Notes: a model not told the origin generated them from the sequence alone. 63,963 nucleotides of DNA, filler included, from Octopus bimaculoides (GCF_001194135.2; 7 parts of 7 records of this genome joined end to end with filler, not necessarily neighbours in it); one strand, 5' to 3'. Positions 12,722 through 26,203 are shown, numbered from the whole stretch's first letter. Made by a program: numbers and translations.

Positions 12722-12933
12722 AGAAGTAACGGATTGACTCAAGGTACAAGAGTTTCGTCCGATGGCACATATAAAGATAGTTGCAGGTCGAAGACCTGTC
12801 AGATTGTATAGCTTGTGATACGTATATTTGCTGTATTAATCACCAGTTATATGAACTCACAGGTATTCGACCTACAACAAGTTTAATAAGAGCCAACACA
12901 TGAAACTCTAGGACCTTGAGTCACTCTGCTTCT
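12722..12933. mobile_element. Old, decayed foldback MITE
   Basis: TGACTCAAGGT.C.AGAGTTTC and GTTGCAGGTCGAAGACCTGT on the left pair imperfectly with ACAGGTATTCGACCTACAAC and GAAACTCTAGGACCTTGAGTCA on the right. Confidence 0.6.
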
Positions 12934-12992
12934 AAATATTAAAAAAAATATATAGACACTCATATCTTCAGTTCGATTTTTCCTGTTTGTAT

Positions 12993-13655
12993 CAGTGGCT
13001 GTGTGGTAAGAAGCTTGCTCCCAACCACATGTTTCCGGGTTGTACTATAGCCTTGGGCCGACCAAAGTCTTGTGAGTGGATTTGGTAGACGGAAACTAAA
13101 AGAAGCCCATCGTATATATATATATATATATATATATATGTAGACTTTACAATATTCATGCTTAATTACGCATAAATTTTTATATGCATTTATATTCACA
13201 TGTATTTTTNNNNNNNNNNNNNNNNNNNNNNNNNNNNNNNNNNNNNNNNNNNNNNNNNNNNNNNNNNNNNNNNNNNNNNNNNNNNNNNNNNNNNNNNNNN
13301 NNNNNNNNNNNNNNNNNNNNNNNNNNNNNNNNNNNNNNNNNNNNNNNNNNNNNNNNNNNNNNNNNNNNNNNNNNNNNNNNNNNNNNNNNNNNNNNNNNNN
13401 NNNNNNNNNNNNNNNNNNNNNNNNNNNNNNNNNNNNNNNNNNNNNNNNNNNNNNNNNNNNNNNNNNNNNNNNNNNNNNNNNNNNNNNNNNNNNNNNNNNT
13501 ATGTGTTTGTTGTTTGTGTCTGTGTTTGTCCCCACCACCACCACCATCGTTTACCAACCGATGCTGGTGTGTCTACGTCCCCGTCAATTAGCGGTTCGGT
13601 ACAAAGAGAACGATAGTTTAAGTACTAGGCTTACTAAGAATAAGTCCTGGGATCG
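12993..13655 (+). mobile_element. SINE family A, 3'-truncated at the junction with the maT-like transposon
   Basis: Head CAGTGGCTGTGTGGTAAGAAGCTTGCT, body, internal (TA)n plus gap, and post-microsatellite segment ending AAGAATAAGTCCTGGGATCGA. Confidence 0.82.
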
Positions 13656-14502
13656 AGTCCTACTGAAACACATATGGCCTTCCATTGCATACACCGTCTA
13701 TCCATGGCTTAATAATTCTTTTCAGGACCTCAATGTAGGTGGCAGAGTTAACTCTGAGGCCTCGTGGAAAGAAAAGGCATCACATGTCCTTCATTGCTAA
13801 AAACCCCTAAAACCATGACAGTTGCAGGAAATTTTGTATGCATAACACTTGGAGCTTCAGAAGAGTCTGCACATAACCATCTGTCATTTATTCTGTTAAC
13901 TTTTCGATCTTCGTCGAAGTGTTTCTCGTTTGAGAAAAACCAAATCAAATCTTGTTCTGCTGGATTTTTCAGTACGTTTAAGAGCTTTTAGATCTTCTTT
14001 TGCTTTTTTATAATTTTGCTTAATGATTTTCTTTTGCTTTTTCTGACATAAATTGCTCATTTCTCATCTTATAAGACTTGTCTCAGATATCTTCGTGGAC
14101 AACATTTCTGACTGATACTTTTGACACATGGAATTTTTTTGCAGTTAACTTATGGACTTTCTGGGATTGTAATCAATGGTCCGTTGAACTTACTGGATAA
14201 ATTCAGGTGTTCTCAACATTTCAGAACGTTTAGGATGCTTTTTTATGCTTTGATACTGGTGATACATTTCCATCTTCAGTCTCTAACTCCATACTAAGTT
14301 TGTAGACGAAAGATCTGGCAACTTATAAAAATCGAGATATTTCTAAATCGCTATGCTCAGCCTTCATAACCACAATAACAGCATGCTTCTTCATTTCTTG
14401 AGTAAACCATTATTATTTTCTGAAACAAAGATTATTCAGAGTTAGCGAAATATGCTGCAATGACCAAAAAAAGGTATGTCTTCATATGCATTATGCACCC
14501 TG
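13656..14502 (-). mobile_element. Decayed Tc1/mariner transposon, maT (DD37D)-like, 5' TIR plus two-thirds of the transposase
   Basis: The minus strand starts TA-CAGGGTGCATAATGCATATG (14504-14483). ATG at 14394 (MKKHAVIV), then WFFSNEKHFDEDRKVNRINDRWLCAD..VMHTKFPATVMVLGVFSNEGHVMP and GLRVNSATYIEVLKRIIKPWIDGVCNGRPYVFQ*DS. Many stops; third Asp region missing. Confidence 0.85.
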
Positions 14503-14699
14503 TATGTATGTGTGTATGATGTATGTATGTATGTATTATGTATGTATGTATATATGTATGTATGTGTGTATATATGCATAATATATTTGCCTCTCGATAT
14601 CATTATGCAAAATAAGATAGAGAGCGGACAGAAACTTTATTGCGTCAAAAAAAAATACTTAACAGCTTTTCTTCTCTTCTCTAAATTTTAAGTTTAAAT

Positions 14700-14830
14700 G
14701 CCGGGGAGGTTGCCTTTAGATTTCATCCTTTTAAGGTAGATAAATAAGTACCAGTTTCGCACTAGGATCGATCTAACCAACTCGGATTTGCCCCACAATT
14801 TTCTGACATATTGACAAAATTAAAACCGAT
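14700..14830 (+). mobile_element. SINE family B, partial and diverged
   Basis: TTTAAATGCCGGGGAGGTTGCCTTT..TTTCATCCTTT..GGTAGATAAATAAGTACCAGTT. Confidence 0.6.
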
Positions 14831-15861
14831 ATTAGCATAGCAGTTGTACAGTTGATACAGCCGAAAACGTAGAAGTTTGGATTCATCAAACAACAGAGTC
14901 TTCTTTCTTTGTCCCTGGTTATCTGTTTGTTATGAATGGGATTTAGTACGAGGAAACCTTTGCTTTACTTGTTGCCTCTGTGTGTGTGTGTGGGGGGGTT
15001 TATGTGTGTGTGTGTGTGTGTGTATGTGTGTGTGTGAATATGACTATATTTGGTGTTTAATTGTGTTAAGGATACAACATTTGATATTGTATAAAATCAA
15101 CAACTTGTATATTGAATAAGTATATAACTGATAAATGTGCCCTATAGAAATAAGCACTGGTGCCGATATATTCGAAAAATGACTCTTGAACATAGTAGCT
15201 TAGCATGCCCAAATTTTAATGTCTTAAACTCCAAATCTAGTTACTTGCCTGCATAAGTGTGTTTTCTTCATAGATGTATGCATGTTCTTACTTCTATATG
15301 AGAGAACGTGTATGTGCGTATGTATTTATTTAAGAAGATATTTGCTGTTCAGTACATTGTCAGTTAACGTCCCATTAAGAGCAATTTGTTGAGACGTATT
15401 TGGAACATCTAGCCATTACCTTATTGCATTACTAACAAGAAAAATTGTAAAAACAATATCGGTTGACTAGTCAATAATCGCATGCCATGTAATTGCATAT
15501 CTTCGACAGGAAGTTACCATAATGATGTATTCTATATCTATTGTTCTTTCTTTAATATTTTAAAGAAGTATGTATGTTAAAAAAATGAGACATTCAACAA
15601 AAACAATAAGACATATACACGTAAGTGTTGTTAAGAGAGAATTTCAGGTGAAGAGAGATTAGTGAGAAATGAATTTGTAAACGTGCTAAAGGATCAAAAA
15701 TTAATGATGTGAAAATGAGGACACAGAAAGAAAACCGAAAGGTCATATAACTGAGATAATATGAAGGCGAAAACATACCGGCAGAGGATACGGATAAGAA
15801 CAAGGTACGACTAGTGTCCAAAAATATTTTCAATTATAAATAAACTCAGAGTGAATTACAC

Positions 15862-15903
<42 letters not shown>

Positions 15904-15913
15904 NNNNNNNNNN

Positions 15914-15952
<39 letters not shown>

Positions 15953-16215
15953 GCACACATAAAACCACACACATATTCTTATATTATATCATATTTATAC
16001 ATATATGTATGCATGTATGTGCATGTATATACATATATCTATATACATACATGTATATATGTATATGCATATGTATATATATATTTGTATATATACATAT
16101 ATAATATATATATATATACCTATATAAATATATACATATATATACTATATATATATATATATATTTGTATATAGACACATATCTACTATATATACATATG
16201 TATACATGTGTACAT

Positions 16216-16255
<40 letters not shown>

Positions 16256-17852
16256 GGGGGGTCGGTGTGTACGGATGGGAATGTAGGAGGCGAAAGAGCA
16301 GAGTAGATTCATAGAGAGGTAATTATCACTATTTAGTGAGGAAGGCAATAAATTCGAGGAGAGTTTAAAAAATACTGAGAACCAGAAAAGAAAGAAATGA
16401 TAGGTCACATGTTCAATGAAAAACTGTTTAAAGTAACACAGTGGAAAAATTAAAGTTTGACAGGAAGACATCGAAAAGTACATATTTAGAGTCATCGCAA
16501 AATTAGTAAATGCGGAGAGGCCTACCAATTACGATACGGATAATCAATAAATGAATCTATATATTTGTATTTTTCTTGTTTGCTCCATTGTTTCTTTCGC
16601 TAATAATTTATCACAAATTGTTAAGAGCCACTAATCAAGAATATTGAGCGTATTAACAGATATAAACATACACAAACCAGTCAATATTGTGCAGTTAATT
16701 AAAATCCATGCCAGTGATATGTTTACTGTTTCTCTTGTTACTAAAGCGGTAGTCATGTTGTTGATCATCCTTCAACATGTCTTGTTATTTATTCACGATG
16801 TTGTCATGGGTGTAACACTTGCTGAAGCCGATATTGTGTTAATGAGGTTGCATTTATTGATGGTGGTGGCTGAGATGTTGGTGGAGCAGGAGTTTTCTTT
16901 ATTTGTTTTATTACGAGTTTTGCCTTGTTTCCCTTATTTCATTAATCATCAGATATTTTCTGAGAAAAATGTACGCAAATTTTAAGTGTCCACACTACGT
17001 CAATCATGGCAGACATCGACGCCTCTTCTCTACGCTGTTGCCCTTTGATCTTTGATTAAAGCTACTATTGTGTAACTGCGTATGTGTGTCAGAGAGAAAG
17101 TGAGTGTATGTATATAGTTATTTGTATATATATGCATATACATTTAATTGCATATAAATACATATTTAATTGCACATAAATACATATGTATAGACAAATA
17201 TATATATATATATATCATACATACATACGTATACATGCATACATACACACAAGCACATATATATANNNNNNNNNNNNNNNNNNNNNNNNNNNNNNNNNNN
17301 NNNNNNNNNNNNNNNNNNNNNNNNNNNNNNNNNNNNNNNNNNNNNNNNNNNNNNNNNNNNNNNNNNNNNNNNNNNNNNNNNNNNNNNNNNNNNNNNNNNN
17401 NNNNNNNNNNNNNNNNNNNNNNNNNNNNNNNNNNNNNNNNNNNNNNNNNNNNNNNNNNNNNNNNNNNNNNNNNNNNNNNNNNNNNNNNNNNNNNNNNNNN
17501 NNNNNNNNNNNNNNNNNNNNNNNNNNNNNNNNNNNNNNNNNNNNNNNNNNNNNNNNNNNNNNNNNNNNNNNNNNNNNNNNNNNNNNNNNNNNNNNNNNNN
17601 NNNNNNNNNNNNNNNNNNNNNNNNNNNNNNNNNNNNNNNNNNNNNNNNNNNNNNNNNNNNNNNNNNNNNNNNNNNNNNNNNNNNNNNNNNNNNNNNNNNN
17701 NNNNNNNNNNNNNNNNNNNNNCATAATATAATATAGGATAAAATTCTTTATAATAATTTATCAAGTAGTCAGCGTGAAAAAAACCCCATAATGAAAAAAT
17801 AACGAAAAATTTCGTAATGAAAAGATTCATCTTTTCTTCATAGATATATTTA

Positions 17853-18002
17853 AATATATATAAAGGGCATTAACTGAGTATTAACGCCTCACGCTATCGA
17901 GGGACTAAATAAGTCGGTAGTTATTTTCGGTAGTTTTTTTACTTATTTAGTCCCTCGATAGCGTGAGGCGTTAATACACAGTTAATGCCCTTTATATATA
18001 TT
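17853..18002. mobile_element. 150-bp foldback MITE (62-bp arms, 1 mismatch, 26-bp loop) in a (TA)n context
   Basis: 17853-17914 versus the reverse complement of 17941-18002 match at 61 of 62 positions. The loop holds a direct repeat, CGGTAGTT x2. Confidence 0.85.
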
Positions 18003-18911
18003 GATATATAATATACATATAGCCATGCATTCATACATACATGCATACATATATACACATATACCATCGTTCCTTATATATTCATAATTATGACACAGAT
18101 TCCTTTTTAACTGTACGAATTATTGATTTACTGCCTTCCTCGACGTGATGTCATTTTATGTATGGTCTGTAAACTGATATCTTTAGGGATTGAATTCTGT
18201 CTCTTAATCTGTATTAAATTGTAATCTTGCTCTCACTCACAACTAGCAAGGTATTCATCGAAATTTTCATTTCCATATTATATTCAAATGCAAAAAGAGG
18301 TGTTATAAAGTATTTAGGATTTCCCTGCGTATATTATATTCTATGTTTGCCAGTTATGCCAGTGTTTATATACATACATATTAGCAGAACAACAGAACAC
18401 TGAAGGAATAGTGAGTCCGCCGGATATGGAGGAAAACATGGAAAGACACAAGCAGAAAAGAGAATAGGAAGAAGACAGGTTACAGAGAAGTGAAGAGAAG
18501 TAAGGAATGGATATTTTCATGACTGTCATTTTCCCAAATCTCAGCCATACTGTACCGTTTATTCTAGTAAGGGATACCTTCCTTATCTCTCTTCACCCCT
18601 CTGTAACTTGACTTCTTCCGTTTCTGTATTCTACTAGCTAAAGACAAAGGATACAGAGGACGGGGTACCAAATGTGAACACTGTATAACTGAAAAATTAA
18701 TCATACAATCAACAGATAACATAATACCTTCTCTCCTTGCATACATAAGCAGTATTTTATACACGTATATTTCAAAGAAGAGCCCATATAAACGAGGGTA
18801 ACCCTACCAGGATAGCCCGTTTCCTAAAAGTGAACACACAAATCACACAAACTTCACACAAAGATAATTTTCGCATCGAATTTACCAACTTTGAGAGAAC
18901 GTGGTTATGGT

Positions 18912-19345
18912 TAATTAAAATAGTAGGGTAAAAAATGGATATTAATTAATATCAATTTAATACCAGGAAACTAGCACTCGTTGGGAACAAATAGTACATG
19001 ATTCTGAAAATTACATTTCGTTGGCAGTCCGTACTGAAGGGAAACAGATATTTTCGGTAAGGAAATATTAATTTCGAAACCTGGTCTACGGATAATGTAT
19101 TCATTTCTGTAATTTTCACTAGTCTCGCCCGTATGTTTTGCTTCACTAGATTTTTTCTTTCAGAACTATTCGGTGATCATCTTCTGGCACATTAGCAGTC
19201 CACATAGTGGTCTTTTTTATATATACAAATAAAATAATACTTTTGAGATCTCAGATAATTTTCTCTGAATCTCCTAATTCTTTTAATGTGCTAGTTTCCT
19301 GGTATTAAATTGATATTAACTAATATCCAAATTTTTACCCTACTA

Positions 19346-19354
<9 letters not shown>
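18912..19354. mobile_element. Non-autonomous TIR DNA transposon (~440 bp, 66/67-bp TIRs)
   Basis: 18912-18977 and 19288-19354 are inverted repeats with about 3 differences; the inner 29 bp (ATATCAATTTAATACCAGGAAACTAGCAC) are perfect. Both ends sit in TAATTAA, so a TA or TTAA target site cannot be distinguished. Confidence 0.8.
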
Positions 19355-19377
<23 letters not shown>

Positions 19378-19725
19378 TTAGAAGGTTTGGAGGTGATGTA
19401 CATATATCATATATTAGAAAAAATAAGGTATTCAGAGATCTGGACGGTTGTACATATACAAATATTTATTAACATGTCATATGTTTTTACAAATCACATA
19501 GAAGCTCTTTCATGTACTCTAATAGATTCTTCAGATTTAAATTTTGCGACGAGATTTGTCTCTTTTTATGGTATTAATGAACGGGTTGGGGTGGGGAGAG
19601 ATGGGAATGAAGAGTAATGTAGAGTGTATAGGGTAGCAAAAGAGGGAGAGGAATGGGGTGATAGAGGAGGGAGAAAGTGAGAGAGTGTGTGTGCTTGTGT
19701 GTGTGTGTGCGTGTTTGTGTGTTTT

Positions 19726-19772
<47 letters not shown>

Positions 19773-19872
19773 NNNNNNNNNNNNNNNNNNNNNNNNNNNN
19801 NNNNNNNNNNNNNNNNTTAATTAATTAANNNNNNNNNNNNNNNNNNNNNNNNNNNNNNNNNNNNNNNNNNNN

Positions 19873-20030
19873 GATCGACCCCAGTACTCAAGTGGCACTT
19901 AATTTATCGACTCCGAAAGGATGAAAGGCAAAGTCGAACTCGGCGGAATTTGAACTCAGAACGTAGCAGCAAACGAAATACGGTTAAGCATTTCACCCGG
20001 CGTGCTAACGATTTTGCCAGCTCACCACCG
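19873..20030 (-). mobile_element. SINE family B
   Basis: GATCGACCCCAGTAC...GAAAGGATGAAAGGCAAAGTCGAACTCGGCGGAATTTGAACTCAGAACG...GCCAGCTCACCACC. Confidence 0.85.
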
Positions 20031-20105
<75 letters not shown>

Positions 20106-20162
20106 TAATAATGATGATGATGATGGTGATGATGATGATGGTGATGATGATAATAATAATAT

Positions 20163-20409
20163 CTTTAAAAACCCTTATTCAAGGACCTTTTGAGCGGGAT
20201 GGGCTACTCGACATGAAGAAATTCTAATTGGGCCCCGCCTGCAAGGTCATGCGCTGTTTATCTTGATATGGGATCACAATGTTTCGCACATATGGTTGTG
20301 ATGCATGTGCCTGGTGTACCCTTACCAGACGGGTAGTCATGATGGGTATACTGGGCTTCATATAGTTTACCCCAGTATCACTTTGATGGCATTCGCTGCT
20401 CTCTCACTC

Positions 20410-20482
<73 letters not shown>

Positions 20483-20810
20483 GCCCTGATGCAGTACTAG
20501 ACTGGCTTTCATGGCTTCTGATCCAAACTGACTGAAAGTGTTATCATGTACATTGTTTTGTCTTGGTATAAAAGATGGGCTACAGCAAATATTCTGCTCA
20601 ATATCACAGATTTGCTTGTCAGTTGTTTGACCTTAACCAGTTCAGCATGTCCGTTGGTGGCTGACGATATGTGCATCTCTTATCACGAGCAGAAGTAGTG
20701 GGGGAGCATGATAAACATGTATTGAGAGGAATTCTTTGGGGTTTGAATAATTCACCTCTGGAAATATGGGTAATTTCGTTTAACATCCTTAAACAGCCCT
20801 TATTCAGGAG
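20163..20810 (+). mobile_element. Two tandem partial copies of a retroelement-like repeat separated by an (AAT)n tract
   Basis: The start of the first block (TTAAAAACCCTTATTCAAGGA, ~20165) matches the end of the second (TTAAACAGCCCTTATTCAGGA, ~20789-20809). The (AAT)n run at 20410-20480 lies between them, like a 3' tail. Family not identified. Confidence 0.5.
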
Positions 20811-21456
20811 AGCTGGCAGAATCGTTATCACGCCGGGCAGAATGCTTAGCGTCATTTCATCTGTCTTCACATTCTTAGTTCAAATACCGCCGGGGTCGGC
20901 TTTGCCTTTCGTTCTTTTAGGTGTCGATAAAGTAAGTACCAGTTGAATACCGGGTTCGATGTAATCGACTTACCCGCAGGCCCCAAACTTATTGACCCTG
21001 TGCCAAAATTCGAAACCAATATTTATTTGAAATTTTAGACTACGAGCTGGCAGCGTCGTTAGCACATTGGGCAACATGCTTAGCGTCATTTCGTCTGTCT
21101 TAACGTTTTGAGTTCAAATTCCGCCAAGGTCCCTTTTGCCTAGTTGCGCACTAGGGTAGATGTAATCGATTAGCTACGTTCCCCTAAAAGTTCAGACATT
21201 GTTCCTAAAGTAGAAAGGAATATTTAATTCAAATTTGAAAGCGGTGAGCTGGCAGAATTGTTTCTGCGCCGGAAGGAAATGCTTAGCAGCATTTCTTCCG
21301 ACTTTAAGTTTTGAGTTCAAATACTGCTATGCTTGGCTTTGCTTCCATCCTGTCGGGATTGACAAAATAATCAGAACTTGAGCATTGGGGTCAAAGGTGA
21401 TTGACTAACGACGACCACGAAATTACTGGTCTTGTGCCAAAATCTGAAACCAATAT
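20807..21456 (+). mobile_element. Three head-to-tail copies of SINE family B (20807-21022, 21041-21224, 21239-21456)
   Basis: Each begins GAGCTGGCAG and contains ATGCTTAGC and (G/T)AGTTCAAAT.C. They are separated by only 15-20 bp AT-rich linkers and diverge from one another. Confidence 0.85.
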
Positions 21457-22068
21457 TTATGGTATATGTTGGCACAAGATAGGTGATATAAAAAAACTTA
21501 GTTCAGTTTAAAAAAAAACACTTTTCACTATCCAACGACGACGACGACGACGACGACCACGATGACCACCACCACCACCACCACCACCACCACTACCAAG
21601 AAACCGTATGCTCGATGAAAAACCAAAAACCAAAACAAAACAAAAACCTCAGAAAGTATGGATTGGAACCGTAAATTATATATAACAAAAAATAACAAGA
21701 ATACGAGATTGTCACTTTAAGAACGTCTTTAATAAGTCTACAAAATCGGAGCTGACCTCTGGCTAAACAAAAACAACGACAAGAAAGTCATTAGAAAAGA
21801 GAAAAGAAAGAAATAGAACAAGGAAAATGTGTAAGAACAAAGATATAAAGATATAAAGACAAAACTCAATAACTTCTTAATCGAAGTCTTTACTATTATT
21901 AGCCGGTGTTAAACAATGTAAATAGGTCGGCTGTCTATAATATATACCTAAATATCTTCTGTGTGACTTTAATATTTCGTTACATACTATAAACTCTCTC
22001 TCTCCCCCTCTCTCTCTCCTCGGTCATACATACTCACACAGATAGATAAATAGGTGAAAGTACAAGGA

Positions 22069-22151
<83 letters not shown>

Positions 22152-23439
22152 GTGTGTGTGTGTGTATATATACAAACAAACATACATGCATACATTTATA
22201 TATATATATANNNNNNNNNNNNNNNNNNNNNNNNNNNNNNNNNNNNNNNNNNNNNNNNNNNNNNNNNNNNNNNNNNNNNNNNNNNNNNNNNNNNNNNNNN
22301 NNNNNNNNNNNNNNNNNNNNNNNNNNNNNNNNNNNNNNNNNNNNNNNNNNNNNNNNNNNNNNNNNNNNNNNNNNNNNNNNNNNNNNNNNNNNNNNNNNNN
22401 NNNNNNNNNNNNNNNNNNNNNNNNNNNNNNNNNNNNNNNNNNNNNNNNNNNNNNNNNNNNNNNNNNNNNNNNNNNNNNNNNNNNNNNNNNNNNNNNNNNN
22501 NNNNNNNNNNNNNNNNNNNNNNNNNNNNNNNNNNNNNNNNNNNNNNNNNNNNNNNNNNNNNNNNNNNNNNNNNNNNNNNNNNNNNNNNNNNNNNNNNNNN
22601 NNNNNNNNNNNNNNNNNNNNNNNNNNNNNNNNNNNNNNNNNNNNNNNNNNNNNNNNNNNNNNNNNNNNNNNNNNNNNNNNNNNNNNNNNNNNNNNNNNNN
22701 NNNNNNNNNNNNNNNNNNNNNNNNNNNNNNNNNNNNNNNNNNNNNNNNNNNNNNNNNNNNNNNNNNNNNNNNNNNNNNNNNNNNNNNNNNNNNNNNNNNN
22801 NNNNNNNNNNNNNNNNNNNNNNNNNNNNNNNNNNNNNNNNNNNNNNNNNNNNNNNNNNNNNNNNNNNNNNNNNNNNNNNNNNNNNNNNNNNNNNNNNNNN
22901 NNNNNNNNNNNNNNNNNNNNNNNNNNNNNNNNNNNNNNNNNNNNNNNNNNNNNNNNNNNNNNNNNNNNNNNNNNNNNNNNNNNNNNNNNNNNNNNNNNNN
23001 NNNNNNNNNNNNNNNNNNNNNNNNNNNNNNNNNNNNNNNNNNNNNNNNNNNNTATATATATATATATATATGTATATGTGTGTGTTATGCCTACGCGTAT
23101 GTTTTTGCGTGTGTCTGTGTGTTTGTTATGTCTACGTTTGTATGTGTGTTGAGAAATATGTAATTTACTTGACATAGCTGTAGCCATACAGACACGCATA
23201 GATACGCTATTCATACGCCTACATACACACATACACACATACACACATACACCCATATAACACGCATACACTTATATACACGAGCACACGCACACACACA
23301 CACATATTTACATATGCACACATACATACATACATACATACATACATACATACATACATGCATACACACAGACCCTGCACACGTACATTATGTTTTTATT
23401 GTTCTAAGGAGACGATGTCCGCTCGTTTTCCCGCGCGGA

Positions 23440-23547
23440 ATAACGAGAACAACAACAAGAACAACAACAACACAACAACAACAACACAACAACAACAACA
23501 ACAACAACAGCAATAATAATAATAAGAATTATAATAATAAAAATAAG

Positions 23548-23625
<78 letters not shown>
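23440..23625. repeat. (AAC)n-(AAT)n trinucleotide microsatellite
   Basis: Directly visible; further ATT/ATC tracts at 24080-24300. Confidence 0.95.
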
Positions 23626-24093
23626 TTTCTTTTATTAGCCACAGGGGCATAGATGAAGGGAGAAAAATAACGACAGTAATATATAAAAAAAGTACAAGAG
23701 TACATCCATTCTTCACACCATGACCTAGCAATATTCTGAAGATAGATCAATTGTTACTTGCACTAAAAAACAAACAAACAAACAAACAAAAAGCAAAATG
23801 CAAAGCAAAAAGCAAAGCAAAAACAAAACAAAACAAAAATCCCTACAAAACCCCCCACTCCCCTAAAAATAACAAAAGCAAAAACACAAACAACAACACC
23901 AACAACAACAGAAATCACCGTTCCGTCAACATCTTTTGATGTTGGATGTTTTTTTTTTCTTTATAGCTAATCTATTTACGATTTAATGAAGACACACCGT
24001 TGTTTGGAAAGGAAGATTATATTAGATTTCTGATTATAGATTTTTCTCTAATATTTCGCTGTTTTTTCACCGATTATTTACTATCATTATTAA

Positions 24094-24157
<64 letters not shown>

Positions 24158-24182
24158 ATTATTATTATCATTATCATTTATT

Positions 24183-24259
<77 letters not shown>

Positions 24260-26161
24260 CATCATCAACATCCTCATTATTATTATTATTATTATTATTG
24301 TNNNNNNNNNNNNNNNNNNNNNNNNNNNNNNNNNNNNNNNNNNNNNNNNNNNNNNNNNNNNNNNNNNNNNNNNNNNNNNNNNNNNNNNNNNNNNNNNNNN
24401 NNNNNNNNNNNNNNNNNNNNNNNNNNNNNNNNNNNNNNNNNNNNNNNNNNNNNNNNNNNNNNNNNNNNNNNNNNNNNNNNNNNNNNNNNNNNNNNNNNNN
24501 NNNNNNNNNNNNNNNNNNNNNNNNNNNNNNNNNNNNNNNNNNNNNNNNNNNNNNNNNNNNNNNNNNNNNNNNNNNNNNNNNNNNNNNNNNNNNNNNNNNN
24601 NNNNNNNNNNNNNNNNNNNNNNNNNNNNNATTACCATTATTATGTTTATTTTTGTTTCGATTATAATTTTGCTGCTTGTTGCTTATTCATTTATTTGAAT
24701 TCCATTTTTTTTCTGTGTTTGTTTCCTTTTTTTCTTTCTTGTTGTTGTTGTTGATTCCTGTATAATTCTTTGGGTTTGAAGTCTGTTTCTAGAAAGAAAT
24801 ATTATTGTTTGTATGTTTAGTGTTTCCTTGTTTGTTTATTGTTGTTGTTCTCGAAAGTTTTGGTATTGCTGTTATGCTTCTTGTTCTGGTTGTTGGTGAT
24901 AGTATTGTCATTGAAGGTACTGTTGTTTGGCTGTTGTTGTTGTTGCTGTTATTGTTGTTATTGTTCTGTGTAGCTGCTATCATTGATGTTGAGTTTGTTG
25001 TACCCGTTATTATTATTTCTTCGTTGTTTGTTGTTTAAATGGATTTATGTAATCAAAGAGTAAGGTGAAATATTGTAACATATAATTAATACTAAAAGAT
25101 CGAACGGTCGGCTTTTGAGTGCAGCACGCCGGGTGAATTGGTTAAAATGTCAAACTAAAATGCTATATTCTAGGTTCAAATCTTCTCTTCGACTAGTCTG
25201 TTATCTCTTCAGTGCCAGTAAGGCAAATATCATGCAAGGCAGTTTGTACTAGGCTACAGTCAATTCGCAGGCTAGAAATGGTTACCGAATCTCCATCAGA
25301 TTAACCCGTACTGAGAGATGGTGTGCAGGTAGATATCGCATCTGGTATTATTGTTAATATTGTATTCATCTCACGTTATTTCAGAGTTGCATCGGTATAA
25401 TCATGAATCAACCGCGAAAATCTGACTCACATGTCAGTATCATTAAACGATAGCCAGCATAATGAAATAGGAGCTTTATTTGCATACTCCTAACGTTACC
25501 CAAACGAATTTAATAAATATATATATATTTCAATACGGAGCAAATAATTTACGAGAAAAATAATTTGCGAAGATATCATTGACTCTATTATTATCTAGTG
25601 TAACAATTTTAAAATGATAATAACAGAAGCCATAATATAGGCGATTGCAGGCCCCCCTCCAAAAACCATTAAATAGCTGAAGGATTAAAATTAATCAAAG
25701 GACATACTAAGTATGTCTACCTGCTGGAAATAACAGTCGAAACTCTTATTTAAAGCGCCAAAATACCCTGATAATATCTGAAGATATATATATGTATATA
25801 TATATGTATANNNNNNNNNNNNNNNNNNNNNNNNNNNNNNNNNNNNNNNNNNNNNNNNNNNNNNNNNNNNNNNNNNNNNNNNNNNNNNNNNNNNNNNNNN
25901 NNNNNNNNNNNNNNNNNNNNNNNNNNNNNNNNNNNNNNNNNNNNNNNNNNNNNNNNNNNNNNNNNNNNNNNNNNNNNNNNNNNNNNNNNNNNNNNNNNNN
26001 NNNNNNNNNNNNNNNNNNNNNNNNNNNNNNNNNNNNNNNNNNNNNNNNNNNNNNNNNNNNNNNNNNNNNNNNNNNNNNNNNNNNNNNNNNNNNNNNNNNN
26101 NNNNNNNNNNNNNNNNNNNNNNNNNNNNNNNNNNNNNNNNNNNNNNNNNNNNNNNNNNNNN

Positions 26162-26203
<42 letters not shown>

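Noticed and set aside
16644-16985. 113-aa hydrophobic ORF
   Set aside because: TTG start, no recognisable domain or splice support; other frames are stop-riddled. Possibly old repeat sequence.
20807-21456. CRISPR-like or satellite array
   Set aside because: Units are ~200-bp diverged SINE copies without repeat-spacer architecture; the context is eukaryotic with no cas genes.
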